64,000 nt of DNA from Vicinamibacteria bacterium (GTDB taxonomy: Bacteria; Acidobacteriota; Vicinamibacteria; Vicinamibacterales; JAENWD01): positions 903,029-967,028 of the forward strand of contig CAWIMD010000002.1 of assembly GCA_963837165.1 (NCBI GenBank). The letters are read 5' to 3'. Below are positions 1 to 13,350 of this stretch, one piece after another. The notes beneath the pieces were generated by a model, which saw only the letters and a list, made by a program, of their open reading frames with translations, was not told the origin of the DNA and ran no database searches. Each line of letters starts with the position of its first letter. Position 1 is the stretch's first letter. Both the position numbers and the translations under genes were made by a program.

Positions 1-1210
1 CCGACACGGGCAGCAGCACGACCTCGGTCGCAACAGACGCCGCGACGACGGCCACCACCGGACGGACGGCGGGGGGCCACGAGCCGCGCGCGGCAATGGC
101 CCCGGCGAGCACGACGATGGCCGCCGTGGCGCCGACGGTGAGCAGGAAGCCAGGATCCGCGGCCACCAGAGGCGTCGTGGCCAGCATGATGGAGACGGCC
201 ATCGCCAGCGTCTGGAGCGCGCCGGCCCGCAGGTCCATTGCCCGCAGCACCAGGTACACCGACGCCATCGTCGTCGCACGCGTCACCGAGGCGCCACCGT
301 CCACCAGGCCCGCGTAGAGCCACAGGACTGCCGCGACGATGAGCTGCGCCGCGCGCATCGGGGCGCGGACCAGCCAGGCGAGGGCGAGCAATGTCGCCGC
401 CAGGATGGCGATGTTGCCGCCGGAGATCGCGATGACGTGGTACGTGCCCGCCGCCTGGAGGCGGTCTTCCAGGACCGGATCCAGCCCCGTCCGATCGCCA
501 ATCAGGATGGCCGTGGCAATCGCGCCGGCCGTGGGGTCCCGCGCGGCGACGTGGGCGGCGATCGCCCGGCGCACGAAGGCGCGGGCGTCGGCTGCGCGCT
601 CCCCTGCCCACCCGGCGTTCGACACCACGTCCACGAGCGCGCCGCTCTTGACGCTGCCCACGAGCACCAGGCCGCGCCGTGCGAGCGCGAGCCGATCGTC
701 GCCGACGCCGAGGTCGAGATAGCGTGCCGGCCGGTGCACCGTTGCCGCCACGGCGACCGTGCGGCCCCGGCGCCACTGGTGATACCGGCCGAGCGCCAGC
801 GAGCCGCCAATGCCGAGCGACACGTCGCCGGGATACGGCGCCGCTCGTCCCGCGTCCACGACGGCGACATCCGTCAGCCGGAGCCGCGGGCCGTCGGCGC
901 CGAGCGTGCTGTCGGCCGACAGGCGCCCTGACAGCCGCACCGGGCCGGTGCGCCCCTCCACGGTATGGGCCAGCACCGGCTCCCTCGCCCCGGCGTCGTC
1001 GGCGCTGCCGATGGTCCAGGTGCCGACGAGGAAGCCGCACACACTCCAGGCCAGAACGGCCCGCGCGGCGCCGCGGCGCAGGCGCCAGGTCGCGGCGCCA
1101 GCGCACAGCGAGACAGTCAGGGCGCCGGGAACCCGCCCGAGCGGCAGGCCGAACCCGAGACCTGCGCCCGCGGCCACCGCGGCGGCAACCAGGACTGGCA
1201 GGGAGCGCAC
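1..1210 (-). CDS. comEC: ComEC/Rec2-family DNA internalisation protein, N-terminal ~403 codons (3' end runs off the left edge)
   Basis: Not in the ORF track because it has no stop inside the window. Manual minus-strand translation from GTG 1210 (in-frame TAG at 1220-1222 just upstream) gives VRSLPVLVAAAVAAGAGLGF...AILIGDRTGLDPVLEDRLQAAGTYHVIAISGGNIAILAATLLALAWL...GASVTRATTMASVYL. That is TM helices plus the ComEC competence-domain motif GD..GL....AG..H..AISG.NI. Confidence 0.7.
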   Translation of the reverse strand, partial: MRSLPVLVAAAVAAGAGLGFGLPLGRVPGALTVSLCAGAATWRLRRGAARAVLAWSVCGFLVGTWTIGSADDAGAREPVLAHTVEGRTGPVRLSGRLSADSTLGADGPRLRLTDVAVVDAGRAAPYPGDVSLGIGGSLALGRYHQWRRGRTVAVAATVHRPARYLDLGVGDDRLALARRGLVLVGSVKSGALVDVVSNAGWAGERAADARAFVRRAIAAHVAARDPTAGAIATAILIGDRTGLDPVLEDRLQAAGTYHVIAISGGNIAILAATLLALAWLVRAPMRAAQLIVAAVLWLYAGLVDGGASVTRATTMASVYLVLRAMDLRAGALQTLAMAVSIMLATTPLVAADPGFLLTVGATAAIVVLAGAIAARGSWPPAVRPVVAVVAASVATEVVLLPVS

Positions 1211-1330
1211 ACCCCGTCGCTAGCAAGTTTCAGCGCCGGGTCGTCAGGCGCGACATTGGGCTGGAGACTCGGAACGCGGGTGGAAAAGTGCTGTGCCCGA
1301 AATGGTGGCGGCGGGCAGGATTTGCGCGCG

Positions 1331-2950
1331 TCAGCGCGCGATCGCCGTACGGGCGTCCTGCAGTTCCCGGCGGCCGGGGGCGTCCGCGTTGGCACAGGTC
1401 GTCAGGAGCTGCTCGAAGTACCGCGTCGACGCTGCGCGATCACCCGCTTGCGCGGCGGCCCGGCCGGCCCCGTACACGGCACGGAACCTGTGCGGTTCCG
1501 TGCGCAGCGTCGTCTCGAACGCATCGAGGGCTGCGCGCGCATCGCCGGCCGCCAGCAACATCTCGCCCAGCTGCTCGCGGGCAGGGGCGAGCGGCCCGGG
1601 AGTGATGGCTGACTTCTCCGTCTGAGCCTCGGCCTCGGCCGCCGCGCGCAGCTCGGAGAGCGCGTCCGACCTGCGGCCTTCGGCGAAGGCGAGCCAGGCC
1701 GCGGCACTGCGTCGCTCGATGTCGATCTGCCCGGTCCAATACGACTCGTTCAGCGCCGCCTCGCGGACGTGGAGCGTCTCGAGCCGATCGACGGCCGCGC
1801 GGGCCGCCGCGAGATCGCCCGACCGCGCCGCCCCGATCGCACGGGCGAATTCCGTGAGGGCGTCGACGTACGGCAGCGGGCTCGGCCGGAGCTCGAGCCG
1901 GGCCGCCTCGGCCCACTCGCCGCGTTCGAGGGCCCAGCGCGCCGGGATGGCCGAGGCGGCGAAGAACCCCGCCGCCGGCGGCGCCGCCGACGCCGTGGAC
2001 CGGGGATTGAAGCGGGCCACGATCGCCGGCAGCGACTCGAGGAGCGTCCGGGCCCTCGCATCCTGCGCCGTCTGCAGGTAGGCGTACATCTGGTAGTCGC
2101 TCGCGTGGAGCTCTTCGGCGGTCGCGTGCCGCTCGCGTGCGGCGGCCGCCGCGGCGATGTTGGTGTCGATCGACTCCTGCCAAAGGCCCAGGCGGGTGAA
2201 CGTGTGCGAGGGCATGTGCAGCGCGTGCGGCGCCGACGGCGCGATCTCCGCGTAGCGCCGGGCCGCGTCGAGGGCCCGAGGCGCGAGCGCGGGCACGTCG
2301 TAGGTGTGAATCAGATAGTGCGCAAGGCCCGGATGGTTCGGCTGCGCCCGGAACAGCGGCTCGAGGATGGCCGCCGCCTGCAGCCGGCTCGCGTAGCTCT
2401 TGTCGGACGGGTCCTCGGCGGCGGTGAGCGACAGCGCGAAGAAGATGCTCGCCTCGGTATCGTCCGGGTACCGGCTGGCGACCTCTCGCATTGCGTCGCG
2501 ATAGGCCGCGAGGCGCACAGGCTGCGAGGTGGCGTCGCCGTACAGCATCGCGACGGCATCGATGTAGGCGCGTTCGCGGTCCGTCTTCGTGCCGATGGCA
2601 CGCGCCCGCTCGATGGCCGCGCGGCCCTGCTTCAGCTGATCGGTCGACCGCTCGCCGACAGCGAAGGGGTTGCTCCACCGGCTGAGCGCAATGCCCCACT
2701 GGGTCATCGCGCAGGACGGATCGCGGCTCAGCGCGGCGTCGAACGCGTCGATGGCAGACCCGAACTCGAACGAGTGCAGCAGCGCGACCGCCCGGTCGAA
2801 GACCGGCTGCGCCTCGGGAAGGCAGGACGTCGCGAAATGGACGCGGCCGAGCCGGTCGGGCGCATCGGCGGCGTGATCGTGCTGTCGAACGGGGGCGCCG
2901 CCCGGGAGCGCGGCGAGGGCCACGACGAGGGCGAGTGGCAGGCGCGGCAT
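1331..2950 (-). CDS. secreted all-alpha / TPR-like repeat protein, function unknown
   Basis: Last 539 codons of track ORF 1331..5599. ATG at 2950 starts MPRLPLALVVALAALPGGAP (signal-peptide-like), 30 nt after the carB stop. The upstream 883 codons of the track ORF overlap carB in another frame and are Arg/Gly/Pro noise. The rest is helical-repeat-like (AIDAFDAALSRDPSCAMTQWGIA..., ALDAFETTLRTEPHRFRAVYGAGRAAAQAGD). Confidence 0.6.
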   Translation of the reverse strand: MPRLPLALVVALAALPGGAPVRQHDHAADAPDRLGRVHFATSCLPEAQPVFDRAVALLHSFEFGSAIDAFDAALSRDPSCAMTQWGIALSRWSNPFAVGERSTDQLKQGRAAIERARAIGTKTDRERAYIDAVAMLYGDATSQPVRLAAYRDAMREVASRYPDDTEASIFFALSLTAAEDPSDKSYASRLQAAAILEPLFRAQPNHPGLAHYLIHTYDVPALAPRALDAARRYAEIAPSAPHALHMPSHTFTRLGLWQESIDTNIAAAAAARERHATAEELHASDYQMYAYLQTAQDARARTLLESLPAIVARFNPRSTASAAPPAAGFFAASAIPARWALERGEWAEAARLELRPSPLPYVDALTEFARAIGAARSGDLAAARAAVDRLETLHVREAALNESYWTGQIDIERRSAAAWLAFAEGRRSDALSELRAAAEAEAQTEKSAITPGPLAPAREQLGEMLLAAGDARAALDAFETTLRTEPHRFRAVYGAGRAAAQAGDRAASTRYFEQLLTTCANADAPGRRELQDARTAIAR

Positions 2951-2979
2951 CTCATCTCCGGCGGCCGATGATACCGCCC

Positions 2980-6234
<3,255 letters not shown>

Positions 6235-6266
6235 GGGGGGATAAAAGGATTCACGGGTTCGAGGTT

Positions 6267-7425
<1,159 letters not shown>

Positions 7426-8031
7426 CTACTGCTGCCCCTGCTCGAGTGACGCCGAAACCCGGGTGCGCGTGCCCTGCGTCACCTCGGTCATGGTGACCCA
7501 CGGGTTGAAGCCCGCCATCTGCAGGCGGACCCGGTGCGACCCGGACGTCACGCCCGGTACCGACAGCGGGGTCACGCCGATGTCCTGTCCATCGAGAAAC
7601 ACATGCGCCCCTGCCGGCCGCGACTCGACGACGAGCGTGCCGGTCGTCTCGCCGGCCACGACCGGCGGCGCCTCGGGCGAGAGCTTCGCCTCCACGGTCA
7701 CCGTGGGCCTCGCCGCGCTCAGCGCCACGCGCCGCTCGTCCGGCTTGTACCCGTCCCGATCGATCCGCACCATGACCACGCGCAGCGGCAGATCGCGGAG
7801 GATGAGCGGGGTCCGGCCGCGTACCCGGCCGTCGACGCGGACCCGCGCCCCGGACGGGGTCGATCGCACCAGGAGCCGCCCGGGAGAGGTCGCCGAGGGC
7901 GGCCGGGCCGATGCCCTGCTGGCGCTCGCCGGCCCGGCTCCTTCAGGCCTGACCGGCGGCTCGTCCACCGGCTCAGGACCGGAGTCCGCCGCGTCGGCTG
8001 CCGGCGGCGGCACCGCTGTGCCCGCGGCCAC
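7426..8031 (-). CDS. tandem PEGA-domain segment; probably the extracytoplasmic C-terminal part of the upstream kinase-like gene, separated by a 1-nt frame change
   Basis: Two PEGA-like units (LLVRSTPSGARVRVDGRVRGRTPL...RIDRDGYKP and LVVESRPAGAHVFLDGQDIGVTPL...RLQMAGFNP). No signal peptide or TM of its own. Overlaps the 3' end of 7973..9289 by 59 nt. The span 7426..9289 is 3n+1 nt long. Confidence 0.6.
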   Translation of the reverse strand: MAAGTAVPPPAADAADSGPEPVDEPPVRPEGAGPASASRASARPPSATSPGRLLVRSTPSGARVRVDGRVRGRTPLILRDLPLRVVMVRIDRDGYKPDERRVALSAARPTVTVEAKLSPEAPPVVAGETTGTLVVESRPAGAHVFLDGQDIGVTPLSVPGVTSGSHRVRLQMAGFNPWVTMTEVTQGTRTRVSASLEQGQQ

Positions 8032-9289
8032 GTGCGGCGCTTCGCGTACAGGCCGTCCGCCAGGCCGTCCAGTAGCCGAGGCCGAACCCGCCCGCCAGGC
8101 CGAGCACCAGGGCTATCACGAGCGGAGCAAACGGCCCACGCTCGGCACGCGGCGGCGGCTCCCGCCAGGCGGCGCCCGTCAGAACGCCAGCAGGCGCCTC
8201 CACGTGCCGCATCGTGACCATGCCGGCGGGCAAATCCGCGTGCGGGGTCTCCGGCACCGGGAACGGCTGGGGCATCGCCAGGTGGACGGACGGGCCGGAA
8301 TCCTCAGGCGGCGGACCGCCGAGCTCCAGTGGCAGCGTCGGCACGATGGGGCCCGGCGCGGGACGGCCGCGCCGCGTGACCGGAGCCGGGCGTTGGGCGC
8401 GGGCAAGCACCGGTCTGAGGACGTCCACGAGATCCGAGGCGGATCCGAACCGGGCCGCCGGGTCGGCGGCGAGAGCGCGGCCCAGGGCCTCGGTGAACGC
8501 GGACTCGTCGAACCCGAAGACGCCCGGGGGCGCCGCGTTGGCCGGGGTTCCCGGCTCGGTCACCCGGCGACCCGTCACGAGCTCGTAGGCAATCGCGCCC
8601 AGGGAATAGATGTCGGCGGGACCGCCCCATGTGTCGCCCGAGCCGCGCTCGGGCGCCGAGTAGGGCCGGCGCACCGGCGCCCGCAGGCCGGCGCCCTGCA
8701 GCGCCTGCGCCACCCCGAGATCGATCAGCCGCGCCTCGCCGCCGTCCTGGACGATGACGTCACGCGGGTGGAGCGTGCCGTGGTGAATCCCCTCGCCGGC
8801 CGCTCGGTCGAGCGCCTCCGCCAGGTGGCTGAGCGTGACCAGCGTGACGTCGAGCGGCGGCGGGCCGTGCTGGCGCAGGTAGGCGTCGAGACCTTCCCCG
8901 GACGCCAGCTCCTGCACCAGGTACGCGAAGGTGCCTTCGACACCGGCGGCGAGGGCGGCGGCAATGGCGGGATGCCGCGGCTGCTCGGCGACGAGCTCCT
9001 CGAGCGCCGCTGCCAGTCGGGCCGTCTGATCGGGCGTGATATCGAGCCGGAAGATCTTCAGCGCGACGCTGCGCCCTTCCGACGGATCGTTGGCACGAAA
9101 CACGGGTCCGAGACTGCCGGCCCCGATCTGATGGAGGATGCGAAAGGGTCCGCAGGCAGCCGGGGCGGGGTCGAGCGTGGATCCGTCAGTGTTCAGCGGA
9201 ACTCCTCGGCGCGGTCTGGCGGTCGGAAGATCGTAACACGCCCGCGGGTTTGTCACCAATCGGCCGGGCCGGACTACCTTGACAGCCAC
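7973..9289 (-). CDS. membrane-anchored Ser/Thr-kinase-like protein with a degenerate catalytic loop (predicted pseudokinase)
   Basis: Kinase fold landmarks: G-loop IGAGSLGPVFRA, VALKIF lysine, DLG (for DFG), SAPE (for APE), DIYSLGAIAYELVTG. The catalytic loop reads HHGTLHPRDV instead of HRDLKPxN. A single TM (PLVIALVLGLAGGFGLGYW) lies near the C-terminus. Start (GTG 9289) is uncertain. Confidence 0.7.
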   Translation of the reverse strand: MAVKVVRPGRLVTNPRACYDLPTARPRRGVPLNTDGSTLDPAPAACGPFRILHQIGAGSLGPVFRANDPSEGRSVALKIFRLDITPDQTARLAAALEELVAEQPRHPAIAAALAAGVEGTFAYLVQELASGEGLDAYLRQHGPPPLDVTLVTLSHLAEALDRAAGEGIHHGTLHPRDVIVQDGGEARLIDLGVAQALQGAGLRAPVRRPYSAPERGSGDTWGGPADIYSLGAIAYELVTGRRVTEPGTPANAAPPGVFGFDESAFTEALGRALAADPAARFGSASDLVDVLRPVLARAQRPAPVTRRGRPAPGPIVPTLPLELGGPPPEDSGPSVHLAMPQPFPVPETPHADLPAGMVTMRHVEAPAGVLTGAAWREPPPRAERGPFAPLVIALVLGLAGGFGLGYWTAWRTACTRSAARGRGHSGAAAGSRRGGLRS

Positions 9290-9317
9290 TTTCTGAGGGT
9301 GCGACAGTACGGCCCCG

Positions 9318-10973
9318 GTGCACTCCTCTTCAGCTCCTTCCTCCGACAGCGCGCTGCGGCTGGCCCGGGACGTACGCGGGTTCCCGTGGGTCCGGCGCCT
9401 GGCGCAGGACTACGCGTACGCGTACGAACGGCTGGAGGCCTTCTTCGCCGGCAATCCAACGCGGCCGGACGCCTGGACGGCCGCCATCGCCCGCGCCCGG
9501 TCCAACCGCCGGCCGCACGCCGAGGTCGCCGCGGTAGTCCAGGCCCAGCTGGAGCGCCGCGGCGCCCCGGACGCGGCCCGCGCCGCCGCGGCCCGGCTCG
9601 CCAGCGCCGACACGGTCGCGATTGTCACGGGCCAGCAGGCCGGGTTGTTCGGCGGGCCTCTGTACACCCTCCTGAAGGCGCTTACCACGCTCGGGCTGGC
9701 CGACCGCGTGGGCCGCGACCACGGCGTCACGGTCGTGCCGGTCTTCTGGATCGACTCGGAGGACCACGACTGGGACGAGATCGCCGAGTGCGGGGTGTTC
9801 GACGCCGAGTACGAGCGCAAGGTCATCCGCGCCGCGCCGCCGGCGGGCGCCGGCGAGCGTGCCGCGGCCCGGCTGCAGTTCGCGGACCAGGTGACCGCCA
9901 CCATTGACGAGCTGGCCGCGGTCCTCCCGACCACCGAGTTCACAGGAGAGCTGGTCGCCGGGCTTCGCGCCGACTACGCGCCCGGGCGCTCGGTATCGGA
10001 GGCGTTCGGCCGGTGGCTCGATCGGACGCTCGGATCCCGCGGACTGGTCGTGTTCGACGCGGCCGACCCGGCGGCCAAGCCGTTTGCGGCGGAGCTGTTC
10101 CGGGCCGAGCTCGAGCACACCGGCCGCACCGCCCGGCTGGCCGCCGAGAGCGGGGCGGCCCTGACCGCGCGTGGTTACCACGCGCAGGTCTCGCCTGCCG
10201 AAGGCAGCATCGCATTGTTCGATCTGGATGGAGGGCGCCGCGGGATCCGCGAGACGGCCGACGGGTTCCAGATCGGGAACGACACGGTGCCGCGGGAGCA
10301 GCTGCTGGCGCGGGCCTCCGCGCATCCCGAGCGGTTCAGCCCGAACGTGCTGCTGCGGCCCCTCGTCCAGGACTCGATCTTCCCGACCGTCGGGTACGTC
10401 GCCGGCCCGAACGAGCTGGCGTATCTCGGCCAGCTGCGGGCCGTGTACGACAGCTTCACGGTCCCGATGCCGCTCGTGCAGCCGCGGGCCACCGCGACCA
10501 TCCTCGACTCGGCGGGCGTCCGCTTCCTGACACGCTACGACGTGCCGCTCGAGTCGCTCGAGCCGCAGGACGAGCGCGCGTTGAACGCCCTGCTCGCCTC
10601 GCAGCTGCCACCCGCCGTCGAGCGCGCGGTGCAGGACGCCGACGTGGAGATCGGCGCCCGGCTCGACGCGATCATCCGCGCCGTGCCGGCGATCGACCCC
10701 ACGCTCGAGGGCGCCGCCCGATCGACGCTCGGCCGGATCGAACACGACATGCGGACGCTCCGGGGCAAGATCCTCCAGGCCGCCAAGCGGCGCGACGACA
10801 CGCTGCGACGGCAGTTCACGCGCGTCCGCGCGCAGGCGTTCCCCGCCGGCGCGCCGCAGGAGCGCAGCATCGGTTTCATCTCCTTCCTCAACCGCTACGG
10901 CCCCGCACTCGTGGACCGGCTCGCCTCGGAGCTCCCGATCGACGGGGGCACGCACTGGATCGTGACGGTCTAG
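9318..10973 (+). CDS. bshC: bacillithiol biosynthesis cysteine-adding enzyme BshC (YllA family)
   Basis: 551 aa. VTGQQAGLFGGPLYTLLKA and FWIDSEDHDWDEI match my recollection of B. subtilis BshC (GGQQAGLLTGPLYTIHK, FWVAGEDHDLDEI). C-terminal coiled-coil-like tail. Confidence 0.8.
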   Translation: MHSSSAPSSDSALRLARDVRGFPWVRRLAQDYAYAYERLEAFFAGNPTRPDAWTAAIARARSNRRPHAEVAAVVQAQLERRGAPDAARAAAARLASADTVAIVTGQQAGLFGGPLYTLLKALTTLGLADRVGRDHGVTVVPVFWIDSEDHDWDEIAECGVFDAEYERKVIRAAPPAGAGERAAARLQFADQVTATIDELAAVLPTTEFTGELVAGLRADYAPGRSVSEAFGRWLDRTLGSRGLVVFDAADPAAKPFAAELFRAELEHTGRTARLAAESGAALTARGYHAQVSPAEGSIALFDLDGGRRGIRETADGFQIGNDTVPREQLLARASAHPERFSPNVLLRPLVQDSIFPTVGYVAGPNELAYLGQLRAVYDSFTVPMPLVQPRATATILDSAGVRFLTRYDVPLESLEPQDERALNALLASQLPPAVERAVQDADVEIGARLDAIIRAVPAIDPTLEGAARSTLGRIEHDMRTLRGKILQAAKRRDDTLRRQFTRVRAQAFPAGAPQERSIGFISFLNRYGPALVDRLASELPIDGGTHWIVTV

Positions 10974-10979
10974 CTGCCG

Positions 10980-13322
10980 ATGCCCTCCCGGTCGGGCGGA
11001 TCGTCCCGGCGCCGGAAGACCGGCAGGCTCACGGGCGTCGTCATCCGGATTCCGCGCAGCGCCTGGCTCGGCGCGGCCGGGCTGCTGCTGATCGTCGGCC
11101 TCGCTGCCGTCGCCGTCCTCGTCCACTTCTGGAGCCTCTTCGGCGCCCGGATCGACGCGCGGCTCCACGGCGAGCGCGAGCGCGTGCTGCCCCACGTCTA
11201 CGCGCGCCCGCTCGAGCTCTATCGCGGACAGGCCATGGGCGAGCACCAGCTCGTGGACCGGCTGAACGACCTGGGCTACGCCGAGCGCACGCGCCTCGAG
11301 AAGCCCGGCGAGTTCGCGATCGGCCGCGACACGGTCGTGCTCGTGCCCCGGGACGGCGATCAGAAAGGCCTGCTGGTCCGCGCCACGTTCGAGCCCACGA
11401 CCCCGACCTCGTCGGGCAGGCCGCGGCCGGTGCGGATCATCGGGCTCGTGGGCGGCGACCGGAAGGTCGATCGCGTCACGCTCGACCCGCCGCTGCTGAC
11501 CGCGCTCATCAGCGCCGGACGCGAGAAGCGGCGGCAGGTGCCGCTCGCCGCGATCCCCTCCCGCATGGTGCAGGCCGTCCTCGCCATCGAGGACCGCCGA
11601 TTCTACGACCATCCCGGCGTGGACCTCATCCGCACGCTCGGCGCAATCGTCACCAACCTGCGGGGCGAGAAGAAGTACCTCGTCGGCGGGAGCACGATCA
11701 CCCAGCAGCTCGTCAAGAACTTCTTCCTCACGCCCGAGAAGTCGCTGCGCCGGAAGCTCGCCGAGCAGTACATGGCGATCATCCTCGAGCGCAAGACCTC
11801 GAAGGACGAGATCCTCGAGATGTACCTGAACGAGGTGTACCTCGGGCAGCGGGGCTCGTTCGCCATCCACGGCGTCGCCGAGGCCGCCCGCCTGTTCTTC
11901 GCCAAGGACGTCAGCAACCTCACGCTCGCCGAGGCCGCGACGATTGCCGGCGTCATCCAGTCGCCGTACACCTGGTCGCCGTTCACCTCGGCCGAGCATT
12001 GCCGTGAACGGCGCAACGTCGTGCTTCGCGCGATGGCGGACGAGGGTTTCATCTCCGACGAGGCGGCCACGCGTGCCGAGGCCGAGCCGATCCATGTGGT
12101 CAGAAGCGCGCTCGATGCCCAGGCGCCCTACTTCGTGGACTACGTGGGCCAGACGCTGGGCGAGGCATATCCCGGCCTCACCGGCACGACGGGATCGCTG
12201 GACGTCTACACGACGCTGGATCTGCACCTGCAGCGCTCGGCGCAGGACGCGCTGCGCGAGGGACTCTCGCACGTGGACGAGCTGCTGGCCCGCCGCAAGC
12301 GGCCACGGCAGGCGCAGGCCGCGCTGATTGCCGTGGACCCCCGCACGGGCGAGGTGCTCGCCATGGTCGGCGGCCGCTCGTACAACCAGTCGCAGTTCAA
12401 CCGGGCGGTCACCGCGCGGCGTCAGCCCGGCTCGGTGTTCAAGCCGTTCGTGTACCTGGCCGCCTTCGAGCGCGCGGCCGAGGAAGGCCGCACGGACCTG
12501 ACGCCCGCCACGATCGTGGACGACGAGCCGACGACGTTCACGACCGGAGCCGACGAAGCGTGGACGCCCAGCAACTACGAGAACGAATACGACGGCCTGA
12601 TCACGCTGCGTCGCGCGCTCGCGCTCTCACGGAACATCGCCACGATCAAGGTCGCCGAGATGACCGGCTTCGACAGGGTCGCGCGGCTCTGGGGCCGGAT
12701 CGGGGTGGGCACCGACCCGCACGCCTACCCGTCGATCACGCTCGGGGTCTTCGAAGCCACACCGCTCGAGATCGCCACGGCGTACACGGTCTTCCCGAAC
12801 GGCGGCGAGGTCCGGTCCCTCCGCGTGCTCTCGCGCATCGTCTCCGGCGGCCAGACGATCGTGCCGCCCGACCAGCCCGTGAAGCGCATCGCGCGGCCGG
12901 ACACGACGTACCTCGTGACCAACATGCTGCGGAGCGTGATCAACGAGGGCACCGGCGCCGGGGCGCGGGCGGCCGGCTTCGCCCTGGATGCGGCCGGCAA
13001 GACGGGCACGACCAACGATCTCCGCGACGCGTGGTTCGTCGGGTTCACGCCGGAGCTCCTCGCCGCCGTCTGGGTCGGCCTGGACGACAACCAGCCGCTC
13101 GGCCTCAGCGGCACACAGGCGGCCCTGCCCATCTGGAGCGCGTTCATGATTCGCGCCCTCGCGGGCCACCCGAACATCCCCTTCGCCGAACCTCCCGGCA
13201 TCGTGACGGTGACCATCGACCGCGACACCGGCCAGCTGGCCGGCCCCTACTGTCCGCGTGTGTTCAGGGAGTCGTTCCTGAGCGGTACCGAGCCGACGGT
13301 GACGTGCGAGGTGCATCGGTAG
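10980..13322 (+). CDS. class A penicillin-binding protein (bifunctional glycosyltransferase/transpeptidase, PBP1B-like)
   Basis: 780 aa. N-terminal TM, GT51 motifs EDRRFYDHPGVD and GGSTITQQLVKN, transpeptidase motifs (SVFKP, KTGTTN). Confidence 0.9.
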   Translation: MPSRSGGSSRRRKTGRLTGVVIRIPRSAWLGAAGLLLIVGLAAVAVLVHFWSLFGARIDARLHGERERVLPHVYARPLELYRGQAMGEHQLVDRLNDLGYAERTRLEKPGEFAIGRDTVVLVPRDGDQKGLLVRATFEPTTPTSSGRPRPVRIIGLVGGDRKVDRVTLDPPLLTALISAGREKRRQVPLAAIPSRMVQAVLAIEDRRFYDHPGVDLIRTLGAIVTNLRGEKKYLVGGSTITQQLVKNFFLTPEKSLRRKLAEQYMAIILERKTSKDEILEMYLNEVYLGQRGSFAIHGVAEAARLFFAKDVSNLTLAEAATIAGVIQSPYTWSPFTSAEHCRERRNVVLRAMADEGFISDEAATRAEAEPIHVVRSALDAQAPYFVDYVGQTLGEAYPGLTGTTGSLDVYTTLDLHLQRSAQDALREGLSHVDELLARRKRPRQAQAALIAVDPRTGEVLAMVGGRSYNQSQFNRAVTARRQPGSVFKPFVYLAAFERAAEEGRTDLTPATIVDDEPTTFTTGADEAWTPSNYENEYDGLITLRRALALSRNIATIKVAEMTGFDRVARLWGRIGVGTDPHAYPSITLGVFEATPLEIATAYTVFPNGGEVRSLRVLSRIVSGGQTIVPPDQPVKRIARPDTTYLVTNMLRSVINEGTGAGARAAGFALDAAGKTGTTNDLRDAWFVGFTPELLAAVWVGLDDNQPLGLSGTQAALPIWSAFMIRALAGHPNIPFAEPPGIVTVTIDRDTGQLAGPYCPRVFRESFLSGTEPTVTCEVHR

Positions 13323-13350
13323 GGAGCTGGGGATCTGTCTATAATTCCCC

